In this document: piece by piece, positions 12,176 through 25,714 of the stretch
How the letters are laid out: each line of letters opens with the position of its first letter
Numbering within the stretch: position 1 is the stretch's first letter
NCBI GenBank assembly: GCA_964016885.1
Contig: OZ024751.1
Span: 9,734,001 to 9,798,000, forward strand
Reading direction: 5' to 3'
Source: Eledone cirrhosa
Lineage: Eukaryota
Length of the DNA stretch: 64,000 nt
Made by a program: the position numbers and the translations under genes
Notes under the pieces: generated by a model
What the model was told of the DNA's origin: nothing
The model's input: only the letters and a program-made list of their open reading frames with translations
Database searches by the model: none

Positions 12176-12495
12176 TCATCATCATCATCATTTAATGACC
12201 ATATTTCACGCTAGCATGGGTTGGACGGTTTTGTCCCACTTGAGGCGAGATTGGTCGGGAGAGAGACCGTGTCTCGTTCGTACAGAACTGTCTCTGGCAG
12301 GTTTCCTACGGCTGGATGCCCTTCCTAACACCAACCACATTTACAGTGTGGACTGGGAGCCTTTTTACCGTGTCTCCTACACGACCACTTTACAGTGTGG
12401 ACTGGGAGCCTTTTTACCGTGTCTCCTACACGACCGCTTTACAGTGTGGACTGGGTGCTTTTTGTCGTGTTACCTACACGACCACTTTACAGTGG
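12176..12495 (-). mobile_element. SINE/LINE 3' fragment with (ATG)n tail and an internal tandem repeat of about 49 bp (x3)
   Basis: (ATC)n then TTTAATGACC...GCTAGCATGGGTTGGACGG...GGATGCCCTTCCTAAC. The repeat TTTACAGTGTGGACTGGG occurs three times. Confidence 0.6.
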
Positions 12496-14416
12496 ATGGA
12501 AGTGGGAGGGTAGGGTAGGGTGTGTGGGTGGGGTGTATATTGGGTTATATGATCGATAAACGAGTGCGTCGCCTCTCAGCTATCTGGGTTCTGTAAAATA
12601 ATTATCATTTGTATACACGTAGAGGTGATATAGTAAACAAAGTAATGAACTACCTACTTATATATTGTGAGTTGAAACGTATTATTGTTCTGCCTTGGTT
12701 TTGTATGGGCAGCATATATTCTGTTTTGTATGGGGCCACTTAGATGCTGAGAAAACGTAGCAAAACCAACAAGAGAGCTTGTGTGTAATCGCTCGTCCTA
12801 CTAGAAATAGAAGCCAGATGTCTCTCAAATTACTACCTTCTGTCTTTACATGAATAATGAACGTATAAAGAATGAATTCATAAATAAAACCCAAAACACG
12901 TGAAGGTCACTGCTGTAAAATCATCATAAATGTGCTACATCAGGGTTGACATTACTCTGAACATTAATACCACCACCAACAATAACAACGTCGACACTAG
13001 CGTAGCAAATAGTCATATAGCGTTAGGCTGCAATATAGACCAGCAACTTATCAAAATGGAGATTAATTTCTCGTTTGTGAAACGTCATATAGTTAGTTGA
13101 AGCTCAGAACTCGCCTTAAAATCTCACTGGGGCTTAGCAGACATTTATATTTCATTTACAATACTTGTACTCAATTCAACATTATCTCATTCATCTAGCT
13201 ACTGGCCAAACAAACGCGACTTTCTGTAAATGTCACTTACGGTTAGTGAGATTTTACTTTCTTATCCGCTTAACGTCACGAAGTCCCCGGGACTTAGGAG
13301 GTATTTATATTTAATCGACTCTAACTAACTTCTACATCTGGGTTCATATTTTTGCTTTTTTTTTTTTTCTTTTTTTTTTTTTTTCCTTTTGTTTTTATTT
13401 TTTTTTTTGCCTTTATACCAAAATAAGAAATCAATATATTTAGTTTTGAAAATAGAATGATAGATTACTGTCACAATCCTGAAATGTCTTTACGTTTACA
13501 ATATTGCTCAGTGATAAATATATATATTTTTTTTTACGGTACATTATTGCCTCTGAGGTTTGTAGCATAAAAACTGAACTTACTAAAGTAGGAAAATGGC
13601 GATTTCTTTTTTAATATAATGTAAAACTGGAAAGTAATTGAAAGTAAAATAGGCGAATAATAGAAGAAGGCGTTAAGGATATATTTGGGTAACTTAGGAA
13701 TGTTTGCTGTTAGCAAATGTCTATTTAACTTAATGTTGACTTCCATTAGCCTGACCAGAATATCAAATGAAATCTATTTGTTCAATGTGTATTTCTAAAA
13801 CTACAATAACTAATGTGACTATTCGTTAATGGAACCAGATGGCATCTGTCGATAATTCTATTTGTTTTAGCCAAACGCGAAATCTGGATGCCTTCTCTTG
13901 AAGATCCTCATTTTACTTGCTGAAGTACTAAAGAGTGTAACTAGATTAAATTTAGCCATTGTAGTCACAGTATATTAACCTTGCCTCACACGGTACGATG
14001 GCATTGAGTCTTGATGAGAAATTCTATTTAATATATCAGAAAGAGCAGATAACATGTTTCCCAGAGAGGTACGTCTACTTCAACACAGTAGAGTGGCTGG
14101 CTACATACTTTATTTCATTTCTGTTGAATATAACAGTAATTTAAAATTAGCATCTGTAGGTGCCAAAGAGCTTAGCAAACAATGGCTTCTAGCTTCCGAT
14201 CTCTAGTAAGATGTCAAGTAAACATTACTGATTATGCTGGAGGCGGGGAACCTGCTGTAATACGTGATAACAATAGATTTAAGATAACGTTGTAAACATA
14301 TTTCAAGATATGATAACTGACGGCATATAAAAGCTGTTAGATAATATGTTATATATTGTATATTATATATATATATATTATACCCACCAGAAGATAGGGA
14401 AAAGTAGAGAGCCGGT

Positions 14417-15838
14417 AGACTACGTTTCTAGTTTTACAGTTTATCCGGGGGTTAACCTTACATATGATACATTTCCTATTAGTACAGTGGGTTTTCTTAA
14501 AAGGGTAGGTTTTGCTGATCAGGGATTTTATGGTGGTTCCTGGCTTTATCTACCAGATTAAGGTGGTAGAAAAGCCAGGAACCACCATAAAATCCCTGAT
14601 CAGCAAAACCTACCCTTTTAAGAAAACCCACTGTACTAATAGGAAATGTATCATATGTAAGGTTAACCCCCGGATAAACTGTAAAACTAGAAACGTAGTC
14701 TATAGCATAAGATGTGCAGAGGGTACTTGCAGAAACATGACAACAACATACATAGGCGAGACAGCTCGTAGCATAGGTGAAAGGATAGACCAGATTAAGG
14801 TGGTAGAAAAGCCAGGAACCACCATAAAATCCCTGATCAGCAAAACCTACCCTTTTAAGAAAACCCACTGTACTAATAGGAAATGTATCATATGTAAGGT
14901 TAACCCCCGGATAAACTGTAAAACTAGAAACGTAGTCTATAGCATAAGATGTGCAGAGGGTACTTGCAGAAACATGACAACAACATACATAGGCGAGACA
15001 GCTCGTAGCATAGGTGAAAGGATAGACCAACACTGGGGGGAACTAAAAGGACAAAACACGGGTCAGTACTATACGAACATGCCAGACAACAACACGACGG
15101 TAACATAGACAACATAGAAATTAGAATAATATCTAAACATAGAAATGACCCAACAGATAGGCAAATCAGAGAGGCCAGTGAAATAGAACTTAGAAGGCCA
15201 AGGCTAAACAGAAAAAATGAATGGAATAAAAACAACACCCAAACAAACAACACTGACCTAAGAGAAGTATAACTAAATAAATAGATAAATAAATAAATAA
15301 ATACATACACAAGCACAATAACAACAAACACATATAAACGCACACTAGTAAAGATAGAATACATTAACCAATACACAGTCACCCAATCACGAACACACAT
15401 CAAACAAAACACTATACACACACGCAAACGCATGCGCAAAGAAGACAAAATAAAATAAACAAATAAATAAATATATAAACGGACTAAATAAAGATGGCGT
15501 AGAAAATACAATGTAACGGGAGGAAACAATAGCACCACTGACGATGTTGCAGATATGCAACGAAAGAACTATGATAAACTATATATATGTGTTTGTGTCT
15601 ATATTGTATCTGTATTATTTTTGACCGTTGCTCAGTCAATGGCAACATTGAGGACCGAATAAATGAGATTACCGATATAAAAGACACAGAAGCGAAAAGC
15701 GAAAACCAACCAAACAGTGAGTGTGTTCTGTTATTAATTCTGGCAATATTACACAAATATGACCCTCCCCAAGTATAACAATATTTGTTTCGACACACGA
15801 TTTCATATCAAAAACCTCGCAAAACTAATTCATCGCCG

Positions 15839-15840
<2 letters not shown>
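14417..15840 (+). mobile_element. 5'-truncated Penelope-like element (GIY-YIG domain plus pLTR) with 5' inversion
   Basis: VVYSIRC...YIGETARSIGERIDQH and later IREASEI...LNRKNEW. 14417-14547 is the reverse complement of about 14570-14703. Hammerhead core at 15538-15565. Ends at (TA)n. Confidence 0.88.
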
Positions 15841-15925
<85 letters not shown>

Positions 15926-16644
15926 GAGGGACAGACAGACAGACAGACAGACGGACAAATGTATTAATGGAATAGTATTCTTCATTCAGCAAAACTTTTC
16001 GAATGAGATATGACCGCGAATTATTCGAAGAGTTGGTAAAAAATTCGTTTCATATAGTAAAGTCAATCTACAAATGTAGTTCATCATCAGGTCGAGCTTG
16101 CTCGGCTTTCTACGACACGTTTCCTCCATCCATCTCTGTCTCTCATAGCGTTTGCTACAAATTTAGACACATATAAGGTCAAAATTCACTCTCTTCTGAA
16201 AGAAAACGATAGTAATTGGCGAAATTTGTTCACTGAAAAATGTGAATTACCTTTACCTTAAATAAATATATATATAACAATATTTAATATAGAAATAGTT
16301 TCTACGGGATTAGAACTGTTTCATTCGTACGAATGAAGCATCTCTCGTCCTGTAAAAGACATTTCTATATTAATCATTATTGTTTGCACTTTATTAATGT
16401 ATTGAGTACCCTATTTACTGTGGTTACCCCGTATTTATAACGGGCTCTACACATACGTGTATATATACGTGTGCGTGTCTGTTTGAATATTGTATCATGC
16501 TGAATCTCCCCGGGAACCACCTGAAGGATACACGTGTTTGTCGAGAGCTGAGCTACTTACACGTTAATTCTGTAGCAAGCTGTCCTGATGATTGAATCAG
16601 ATGAAATAATAATCGTCGACTACGACGGAGGTTCAACACACGAC

Positions 16645-18065
16645 CCTGTGTGTTTGTATGTATGTGTGTGTGTGTGATTGTGTGTATGTGTATATGTGTG
16701 ATTGTGTGTATGTGTGTGTCAGTTTGTGTGTATTTGTATGTATGTATGTGTGTTTGATTGTGAGTATGTGTGTGTATGTAGATGTGTGTGTATGTGTGTG
16801 TGTGTGTGTATGTGATTGTATGTGTGTGTTTGTATGTATGTGTGTGTTTGTTTGTATGTGTGTGTTTGTATGTGTGTGTGTGTTTGTGTATATGTATCTA
16901 TGTATATGTGTATGATTGTAAGTATGTGTGTGGGTATGTATGTGTTTATATGTATATGTGATTGTATGTACGTGTGTGTTTGTATGTATGTATGTGTGAG
17001 CGTGTGTCTTTGTATTATGTATGTATGTGTTTGTTCGTATGTATGTTTGCGTGTGTGTCTGTTTATGTGTTTGTATAAATGTATGTGTGTGTTTGTGTGT
17101 GTGTATGTGTGTGTCTGTTTGTGTGTATGTGTGTTTATTTGCATTTATGTATGTAATGTGTGTATGTGTGTGTGTTTGTGTGTATTGGTATGTATGTGTG
17201 ATTGTTGTGTGTATGTGTGTGTATGTACATGTGTGTGTATGTGTGTGTGTTTCTATGTATATGTGATTGTATGTACGTGTGTGTTTGTATGTATGTGTGT
17301 GTTTTTGAGTTGTTGTATGTATGTATGTGTCTGTTTGTGTTTATGTATGTATGTGTTTGTTTGTGCGTATGTGTGTGTATTTGCATTTATGTATGTGTGT
17401 GTTTGTATGATTGTGTGTATGTGTGTGTTTGTGTGTGTATGTATGTATGAATATATGTGTGTGATTGTGAGTATCTGTGTGTGTATGTATGTGTGTTTAT
17501 ATGTATATGTCATTGTATGAACGTGTGTGTTTGTATGAATGTATGTGTGTGTGTTTTTTTTAGTTGTTGTATGTATGTATGCGTATGTGTTCGTTTGTAT
17601 GCATGTATGTGACTGTTTGTGTGTGTGTGTGTGTATTTGCATTTATATATGTATCTGTGTGTCTTTACATTATATATATATATGTGCTTGTATGTACGTG
17701 TGTATGTGTAATTGTGTGTATGTGTGTGTGTTTGTGTGTATTTGTATGTATGTGTGTGGGGGTGATTGTGTGTATGTGTATGTGTGTGTTTATATGTATA
17801 TGTATATGTGATTGTATGTACATGTCTGTTTGTGTATGTTTGTGTGTATGTATGTGTGTGTATGTATGTGTGTTTATATGTATATGTGATTATATGTATG
17901 TGTGTGTTTGTGTATGTATGTGTGTGTTTGTGTATGTATGTATGTCTGTGTGTTTATATGTATATGTGATTATATGTACGTGTGTGTTTGTGTATGTATG
18001 TATGTGTGTTTGTGTATGTATGTATGTATGTGTGTTTGTGTATGTATGTATGTATGTGTGCATGT
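16645..18065. repeat. Degenerate (GT/AT)n microsatellite field
   Basis: Direct reading. Confidence 0.95.
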
Positions 18066-18411
18066 GTAAGTCTACCACATGTATATGTCTATACAGTAAT
18101 ATAGTAATATATGCTATAAAGCACGGTGTGACTTCACTTCTGTTGTTGTTGTTGTTGTTGTGTCGGTATCCGCTTTTATTACGATTATGGCAGTTCCTGT
18201 GAAATGATAATAATTATGCCACCATCACATATTCATTACTCCACATTGCAGACTACAGACATGTTACCAATTCACTAAACGAATTAATGAGAGTGAAAAA
18301 TCGATGTTTCGACGAATTTTAGAACGAGAGAAATATAACATAAAAAGCTAGGAAATAAAACAAAAGAAATAAAATAAACAAAAAGAGAACAAAACAAAAA
18401 CTACGGTGAGA

Positions 18412-18561
18412 GAAGAAGAAGAAGAAGAAGAAGAAGAAGAAGAAGAAGAAGAAGAAGAAGAAGAAGAAGAAGAAGAAGAAGAAGAAGAAGAAGAAGAAGA
18501 AGAAGAAGAAGAAGAAGAAGAAGAAGAAGAAGAAGAAGAAGAAGAAGAAGAAGAAGAAGAA
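18412..18561. repeat. Pure (GAA)n, about 50 units
   Basis: Direct reading. Confidence 0.97.
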
Positions 18562-19094
18562 AACAAAAAAAGAAACGAGAGAAAGAAATAGGAAGAGATT
18601 AGTGAGAAATAATTTATGCAAGAATTAAATCTGTTCATTAGGATATATATTCTGTCAAGCTATACATATTGCAAGATAATTACAAAAATTTCCGTAAAGC
18701 ACATGATATAAATTTGTATGAGAAAAGCATTGATTTTAATTAACTCTTTGTGAATAGAATTGCATGGTTTGTTTATTGTGTGATAGTCATACCATAATTA
18801 TTATCTTTTGTTTATAGTCAATTATAGAGAAACTATAGAAGAATGTCCTCTGTTGCTTAGGCCTAGAGGAAAGAATATATTATATTGCCTATACTCTCGG
18901 TGTGAATATCTCTAAGTAGAGTAGTAGAAATTAGAGTTAACCAGTTATCGTCTCTGGGTGATGTTTCTATGAATTAGTACAAATATCGTTGATAGCGTCT
19001 TTTGGTGTTGATTCTTTTCGTTATTTGATAGGATTATTTCTTATCGTTTTAAAAATTCTCCATTTAATGCTCACAGAAGATTGTGCTATAAAAA

Positions 19095-19352
19095 GAAAGA
19101 AAAAAAGTTACTATTAAATCAGCCGCGCACACACATGAACACAAGATCCGAACACAGAGGAACCAAACTTCCACTACCATCACCTCCATCTCTTTTGCAA
19201 TCTCCATCTCTCAAATGGTGTCCCGCGCCCTGGCCGCCTCACAGAGAGAATAGAGAAGGCGTTTCCCCTGAGGATGGTGAAGGAGATGCGCTGGAAGAGC
19301 CATTCCAGCTCGGGAGGCTCCCTCCTACGGCTAGCCATCTCTGCGCCATCAA
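19095..19352 (-). mobile_element. 3' fragment of a CRE-clade-like RLE non-LTR retrotransposon
   Basis: Minus-strand translation ...EPPELEWLFQRISFTILRGNAFSIL matches the C-terminal QRxSxxxxRGNA motif of CRE-type elements. GC-rich island in AT-rich DNA. Confidence 0.7.
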
Positions 19353-19974
19353 TATAACAATTATGTTGTTAATAGTTTGAAATCTACAAACAGACTATAC
19401 CTTATCTGAGGAGGTCTAATAAAAATGAAATATATCTCCAGAGTTATCGGCCGTAATTATCAAAAATAAATTTAAAATAATATTCAGACATGGAGATAAT
19501 TAATTAGCTTAATTAGATAGTTTTAATGAGACTAAAACGTGTTTAGAATCATCACAGTACTCACAAATATCAGGTTCGTTTCCCACTGCATTCTATCTTT
19601 AATTAATTTGGACTAATTTCATTTTGAAAGTTGTCTCCTTTGCCATTTTTAACCAGAGTTAGTTACTAAGATAGATATTAATTGATTCTTTGCATTTCTG
19701 GTACGATCCAGCTGATGGGTTTAGAGTTCCCGTCACGGGTTGGGTCTATATCACACTATAGTAAAGGACACTTGTCCAAGATTCGATGTGATGTCATCAG
19801 GCTCAGAACCGCTTGCTTTATGAACATCTATCCTTAAGATATTTATTCTACACCAAGTTACAGACAGTCCCTTGTCATTCTCGCCGTCAGTAACACAGTG
19901 ATCCAATAAATAATTGCCCCGTTGATATTTTGTAACCAACAACGTTTCTGTTCTCCACTTAGCCTATAAAAAAA

Positions 19975-20290
19975 TTGCTTCTACTTTAGACACAAGGCCA
20001 GTAATTAGAAGGGGAGGAGAAAGTCGATTAAATCCACCCCAGTGCATTACTGGTCCTTTATTTATCGATCCCGTAAGGATGAAAGGCAAAGTTAAGCTCG
20101 GTGGGATTTGAACTCAGAATAAATTCATACAAAATAATGGTTTCTGATGTAGACACAAGACCTACAATTTTGGGGGGAGGGGAAAGTCGATTAAATCGAC
20201 CTCAGTGCGTTACTGGTGCTTTATTTATCGACCCGTTAAGGATGAAAGGCAAAGTTAAACTCGGTGGGATTTGAACTCAGAATAAATTCA
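19975..20290 (-). mobile_element. Two tandem 5'-truncated SINE copies (related subfamily)
   Basis: Each contains TTATCGAxCCxTAAGGATGAAAGGCAAAGTTAA...GGATTTGAACTCAGAA and an ACAAGGCC/ACAAGACC tail region. Confidence 0.82.
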
Positions 20291-21720
20291 TATGGAATAA
20301 TGTAAATAACTCAACACACTTAGTCCTGCAGTGAATATTGTTTTGGCTTAAAAGCCTAGTTAATAAAAGCATATAATTCGAATCTAATCTATCGCAATTC
20401 AATTTCCAGTCTTCTTAATCTATTCTCAAGCCTAATCCTATACCCAATCATATCTTCTAATTTTCTTGGTTTATAACCCAAAACATTATTCTTAGTTTTA
20501 CTTATACAAAATAGATTACATCCTGCTTTGTGTAATATAATGTAATGTAAAAATGATGTTTTTGCTTTCGTTTTATATATTTTGATCAGATAATTAGATA
20601 AATATTTCGCGTTTTATCCACAGTGTACGGTCATCATACACTTCTTTTACCATAATTCTATCTATTTAACTGGCTTTATCTCTTTCTCTCTTTCCCTCCT
20701 TATCATTCTCTCTCGCCCTTCTATCTCTCTCCTTGTTTCTCTCTGTATTTCACACATACTCTCTCATTTTCTCTATATATCACACATACTTTCTCTTTTT
20801 CACTCTATCTCTATCTCTATCTCTCTCTATCTTTCTCTATCCCTCTCCACAACTCTATCTCTTTCTCTTTCCTTATCATACTCACTTTCTCCTTCTCCCT
20901 CTCATTCTCTCTCTCTCTCTTTCTCTCTTTATATCACACATACTTTCTCTTTTTCTCTCTCTATCTCTATCTTTATCCCTATCTCTATCTCCCTCCTTAT
21001 CATTCTCTCTTTTCCCTTCTCTCTTTCTCGCTCTTTCTCTCTGTATATCACACATACTCTCTCTTTTTTCTCTCTATCCCTCTCTCCATCTCTCTCTCTC
21101 TCTCTCTGTATCCCTATCTCTATCTGTACATTTATCTATCTCTCTCTCTCTATATATATATATATACCACTCCCTCTTTCTTTCCCTCTTCTCTCAGGAA
21201 ATTAAGAGCTGAAAACATTTAGTTTAGCTGTTCTTTTCTTTTTAAAAGATATTAACGACGTAAGTGAAAAGAAATAAGGTGTGTTCAGATATAGAGACCA
21301 GATCCTCAATTCGGCTCACTAACAGCTTAACTTCTTTAGAACAGTTCTCTCTCTTATCCGAACATTGAATTGTCAGAATTATTTGAGAGTCGAACAAAAT
21401 GCCTTGCGCTATGTATTCTGGGAAAATGCATTATGAATTTAAATCCCACTTCGGTCTATTTTACCTTTCATCATTCCAGGGTCCATAAATAAGGTCTAAG
21501 GTGGTCGACTGAAATGGTTTTCAATCAAATGTTTACTTTATCAGGGTTGACATGAGGTTAAACAACAAAAGCAGATCAGCTTTTTTGTCAGATTTTCTCC
21601 CTTAATTAGAAAAACATGAACATTCGTCAATATTCCTTCATCTGCAGAAATACCTTGACTGATGAAAAATAATGTAAGTTATGATGATGATGATGATGAT
21701 GATGAGATGATGATGATGAC

Positions 21721-21757
<37 letters not shown>

Positions 21758-21837
21758 TTGATGATGACGACAGCAACAACGACGACGATGATGACGATGA
21801 TGATGATGCCGACAGTAATGTTGATTATGATAGTGAC

Positions 21838-21876
<39 letters not shown>

Positions 21877-24132
21877 CCGATGATGGATCGATCCGTCATC
21901 GGATCAACTAAATGCCCTCCTGCTCGTTAAATTAACGTGTAAATGGTTGAGTAGTCCTGAGAACCACCCGTGACACAATATTTGTAGGCTGGATATTAGA
22001 ATTATAGGGAGAGCCCATCCGACGTTTTCCCAAACGTTCTGTCAGTCAAACAGTCAAGTTATATTCACGGTCATAAGTCAATCTGAAGATACAGTAAAAG
22101 ACACCCCTCGAAGATACCACTTATAAAAATACAAGGCAAACTTGTTAACCACTTAGCCGCGTCTTCGTCACTCTAATTTACGAAACATTACAATTCATAA
22201 AATGAAATCAGTCTATTTCCTGTTTGTGACTGTACAATTTGAACATATTATTGAATGTCTATAATGGTTTTAAATAATTTCCTTCCTCAATCAAGTACAT
22301 GGAAACCTATATGTATGCTGTAGACAACATTTTATAAGGTCTATTAAATTTTTACTAAATTGTTTTCTTTTCCGGAAATTCATCAAAAAACTCTACAAGC
22401 AGGGTTTTTATTTTGTTTTAATAAATAATTCTGCTTGCTGAGCTTGGAATCAAAACTGTCTCCTACTTCAGTCGAGGAAAAAATGAACCAAATAAACAAT
22501 GATGCAAAAAAAAAAGAAAAGAATATTAGCGAAGGTTTTGAAATTAATGAAAATAAAAGCAACACTTCGGCTTCCTCTCAATCGTAATGTATTGATTTTA
22601 AGTTGGCACCAAAGATTGATCACTACATCCAACGTCAAGCTGCACACGTATTTCGTTTTTAATTAGGAAAAATATATTGCTGTTTTTCACAGGAGTTCGA
22701 GAGTTCATTATCATTAAGTTGGTTATATTGAAAAGTTGCAATTTCGGAATTTGTAATAAAAACATCATTTTGTCTGCTTTCGAAAACCATATATCGTGCA
22801 TTTTTTTCTTATTTTTTTTTATCCTGCATGTTTTTATGTTTAATTCTTTTATCATTGGCTTGCAGATAATCTTTCTCAAATTTTGTGCAGTTTTATTCTT
22901 CTTCTTCTTCTTCTTATCATCAATATTATTATTAGGCAATGTAAAATATATGGTATTGTTTGTTCACAAATGTAGTTTCTGCACAATATATCAGACAGTT
23001 GTAGCGCCACAATACATTCTCTTGGTGCATCGACCTTTTCAAAGCAATCAATGTCACAATCATTGTAATTAAACAATGGAAGGCTCAAGCGAAAAGTGTA
23101 TATATTCAACCAATGATTAGAATGAATAGCTTAAATCTGAAAGCCATTCATTTCCTAAGGTCAATCAAATTCAATTTAAATCACATATTTACATAAATAC
23201 TACTAAGACAAAGTGTCTGACCTAATGAGTCACAGGAATCTTTAATAATCTATAGATTTCAGCGATAGGAAATAGATTGTTTCTATGTTTCACATTATTG
23301 AATCTTTATTGGGTTTTTAGTATAAATATTGTTTAGTAGCTACAGTAATGTCTATGTTATGAAAGATTTTATTGAAGCAGTCAAAATCAAAATGTGTAAC
23401 CGGTATAGATCGAATCCTTTCCTTTCTATTTGCAATCAAAGATTAACTTTTGGCCGCCTGACAAAGAAGTCTGGAAATTAAAATTGGTCAGCAAGGCAAT
23501 TTTGTTTACTTAACACCATTTGTTCCGTAATTAGATTTTACATTGTTGTTACTGGTAATTGTCACGAAAGATTTATAACACGCCTTTTATTCTGAGATAG
23601 ATTTCAGTTCCTTCAGCCATTAGACAGTAATACTATTTATATCTAATTCTCTCACAGCTGGATTACAACCTTCTGCAATAGCTATGTATTGTTTAGTAAT
23701 AATATATGTCTCATTCACTTACTGCCGGGTTACGTCCTTTGCTCAAACTCAAGGATGACGTAGTAATAACAAATTTGTCTGCTTCAGTCAGATCTATTGA
23801 CTGTTCAATATTAATAGCGTTGTTACATGCATCCATGGTCAATGGCAATATATTAATAGCAGATGTGATACATCCAACTACAATGTGTAGTTCAGTAATA
23901 ATAGATTTGTCATAATATATCAGATTAGTATCGGCAGTTTAATCAATACATCTATAACTATGTTTATATACATATATATATATACACGCACACACATTAT
24001 ATATGTGTGTGAGTGTGTATACATATATATATATATACACATATATGTATATATACACACAAATATATATATACATATACACACACACACATGCACACAC
24101 ACACACATTCACACACAGACACACACACCCAT

Positions 24133-24163
<31 letters not shown>

Positions 24164-24434
24164 CATACATAATTACAGTTATATGTGTACTGTGTCTTAT
24201 GAAGCGATGAATGAACACTGTAAATCATGCAAATCATATAATACTGTAAGTGCCAGAAGGCTGTAATACGTTTTCTTCGATATGTTACTAGGGAGGGACA
24301 AATATTGATATAGAGAGGGTGCGAGAGGAGGAGAGAAAGATATATATTTAATTATATATTAAGTTGCTTTCTATTATGTACTTGTTTGGTGGAATTTTAG
24401 CAATTTTATTTTCAAAATTTATTGTAGTAATACT

Positions 24435-24692
24435 GATTTCTACTATAGGCACAAGGCCAGCAATTTTAGAGAGTCGGAAAGTCGATTAAATCGACACCAT
24501 TACATTACTGGTGCTTTATTTTATCGACCCTGTAAGGATGAAAGGCAAAGCTAACCTCGGCTGGATTTGACATCATGAAGCGAATAATTTCTCAAACTAT
24601 CACCCTCACACTACAACGAATAACCACATATTGACAAAGGGCCATAACTCTATGCTGTAAAGCATGTTGTCGACGCTCTACCGATACTGCCA
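24435..24692 (-). mobile_element. Full-length SINE interrupted at the B box by a 74-nt templated insertion
   Basis: SINE body 24435-24570, head 24637-24692 (CTCTACCGATACTGCCA). Confidence 0.82.
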
Positions 24693-24779
24693 ATCCAACA
24701 CCCTTTATTGTAGTTATAATATTGAAAAGACGAGGAAAGACCAGACTGGGAAAACATGGAAGTAGGGTAGCAACTAAAG

Positions 24780-25115
24780 TAAAAAGTACCCCTCGATTAC
24801 GAATGACCATGTGATTTGCTCCTAGAAAATTCCACTCCTCGGCACATGTCTGGGGAAGGTTGTTTGTGAAATTCCAGCAGTTGTCCATGCATATCGGTCT
24901 CTTCTCTCCATGCTACCGATGTTGTCCAAGGGAAAGGCAATGGCTGATACAGCTTGACACCAGTGACGTAGCAGCTCATTTCTACTGCTGAGTAAACAGG
25001 ACCAACGTGAAATAAGGTGTCTTGTTTTGCTCTATCGTGAGGTTGTGAGTTCGATTCTCGGACCAGGTGATGTGTTGTGTCATTGATCAAGATACTTTAT
25101 TTCACGTTGCTACAG
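24780..25115. mobile_element. Second SINE family: minus-strand body plus an inverted plus-strand tRNA head
   Basis: CAACGTGAAATAAGGTGTCTTG (about 25003) versus CAAGATACTTTATTTCACGTTG (about 25088). B box GAGTTCGATTC at about 25047. Confidence 0.55.
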
Positions 25116-25366
25116 TTTCCTCAAGGAAACAACAATAACATCTAACTACAAACCAGTCTTCCAATAGTGATTTCTAAATCATTATTACGTCAATAGGCAA
25201 CCGATTGATTCAATAAGTAGAAAACAAAAGTGGTTCTAGTGTCGATATTAGTGATTAAAATCCCTTGAAAATCTTCCTCTGTATAACTGTATTCTAATGA
25301 TCGACATAAGTAACATAAAACTATAACATACAAGTGAATTTAAAGACCCAGTTTTCATTGATGGGA

Positions 25367-25714
25367 TAAAGGTGCTCAGCTGAAAAGTTCATAGGCTGAC
25401 TATGAAGGAATGATGCTAAAGCTGTGAAATTTTGCTTGTATTAATTTTAACCATTCGTATTAATAAACTGCATTGTTTCTTTCTAGGGACTATGTTGAAA
25501 AACAAACCTCATTTAATCATTCCATTAGAGTATCTTAGTCATAGGCTGACTATGAAAGATTGATGTGAGTGTTGTGAAATCGTGCATGCATTAATTTCAA
25601 CTCTTATTAACAACTTCATTGTTATTTTCAAGGATTGTGTTAAAAAATAAACCACATTTGGTCATTCCATGAGAGTATCTTGGTCAAGCTATAACCTTTT
25701 CTAGCAACCCTCAT
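25367..25714. mobile_element. Degenerate Tc1/mariner-type MITE with an internal duplication of about 150 bp
   Basis: Left end ...GCTGAAAAGTTCATAGGCT, right end AGCTATAACCTTTTCTAGCAACCCTCATA. CATAGGCTGACTATGAA...TCATTCCAT.GAGTATCTT occurs twice. Confidence 0.55.

Noticed and set aside
16645-18638. VC-, HT-, IY-, poly-E, poly-F and poly-S ORFs here and throughout the window
   Set aside because: They are translations of microsatellites.
22383-23109. Hydrophobic or Lys-rich short ORFs as host exons
   Set aside because: They reflect AT-rich compositional bias, with no recognisable domain or splice structure.
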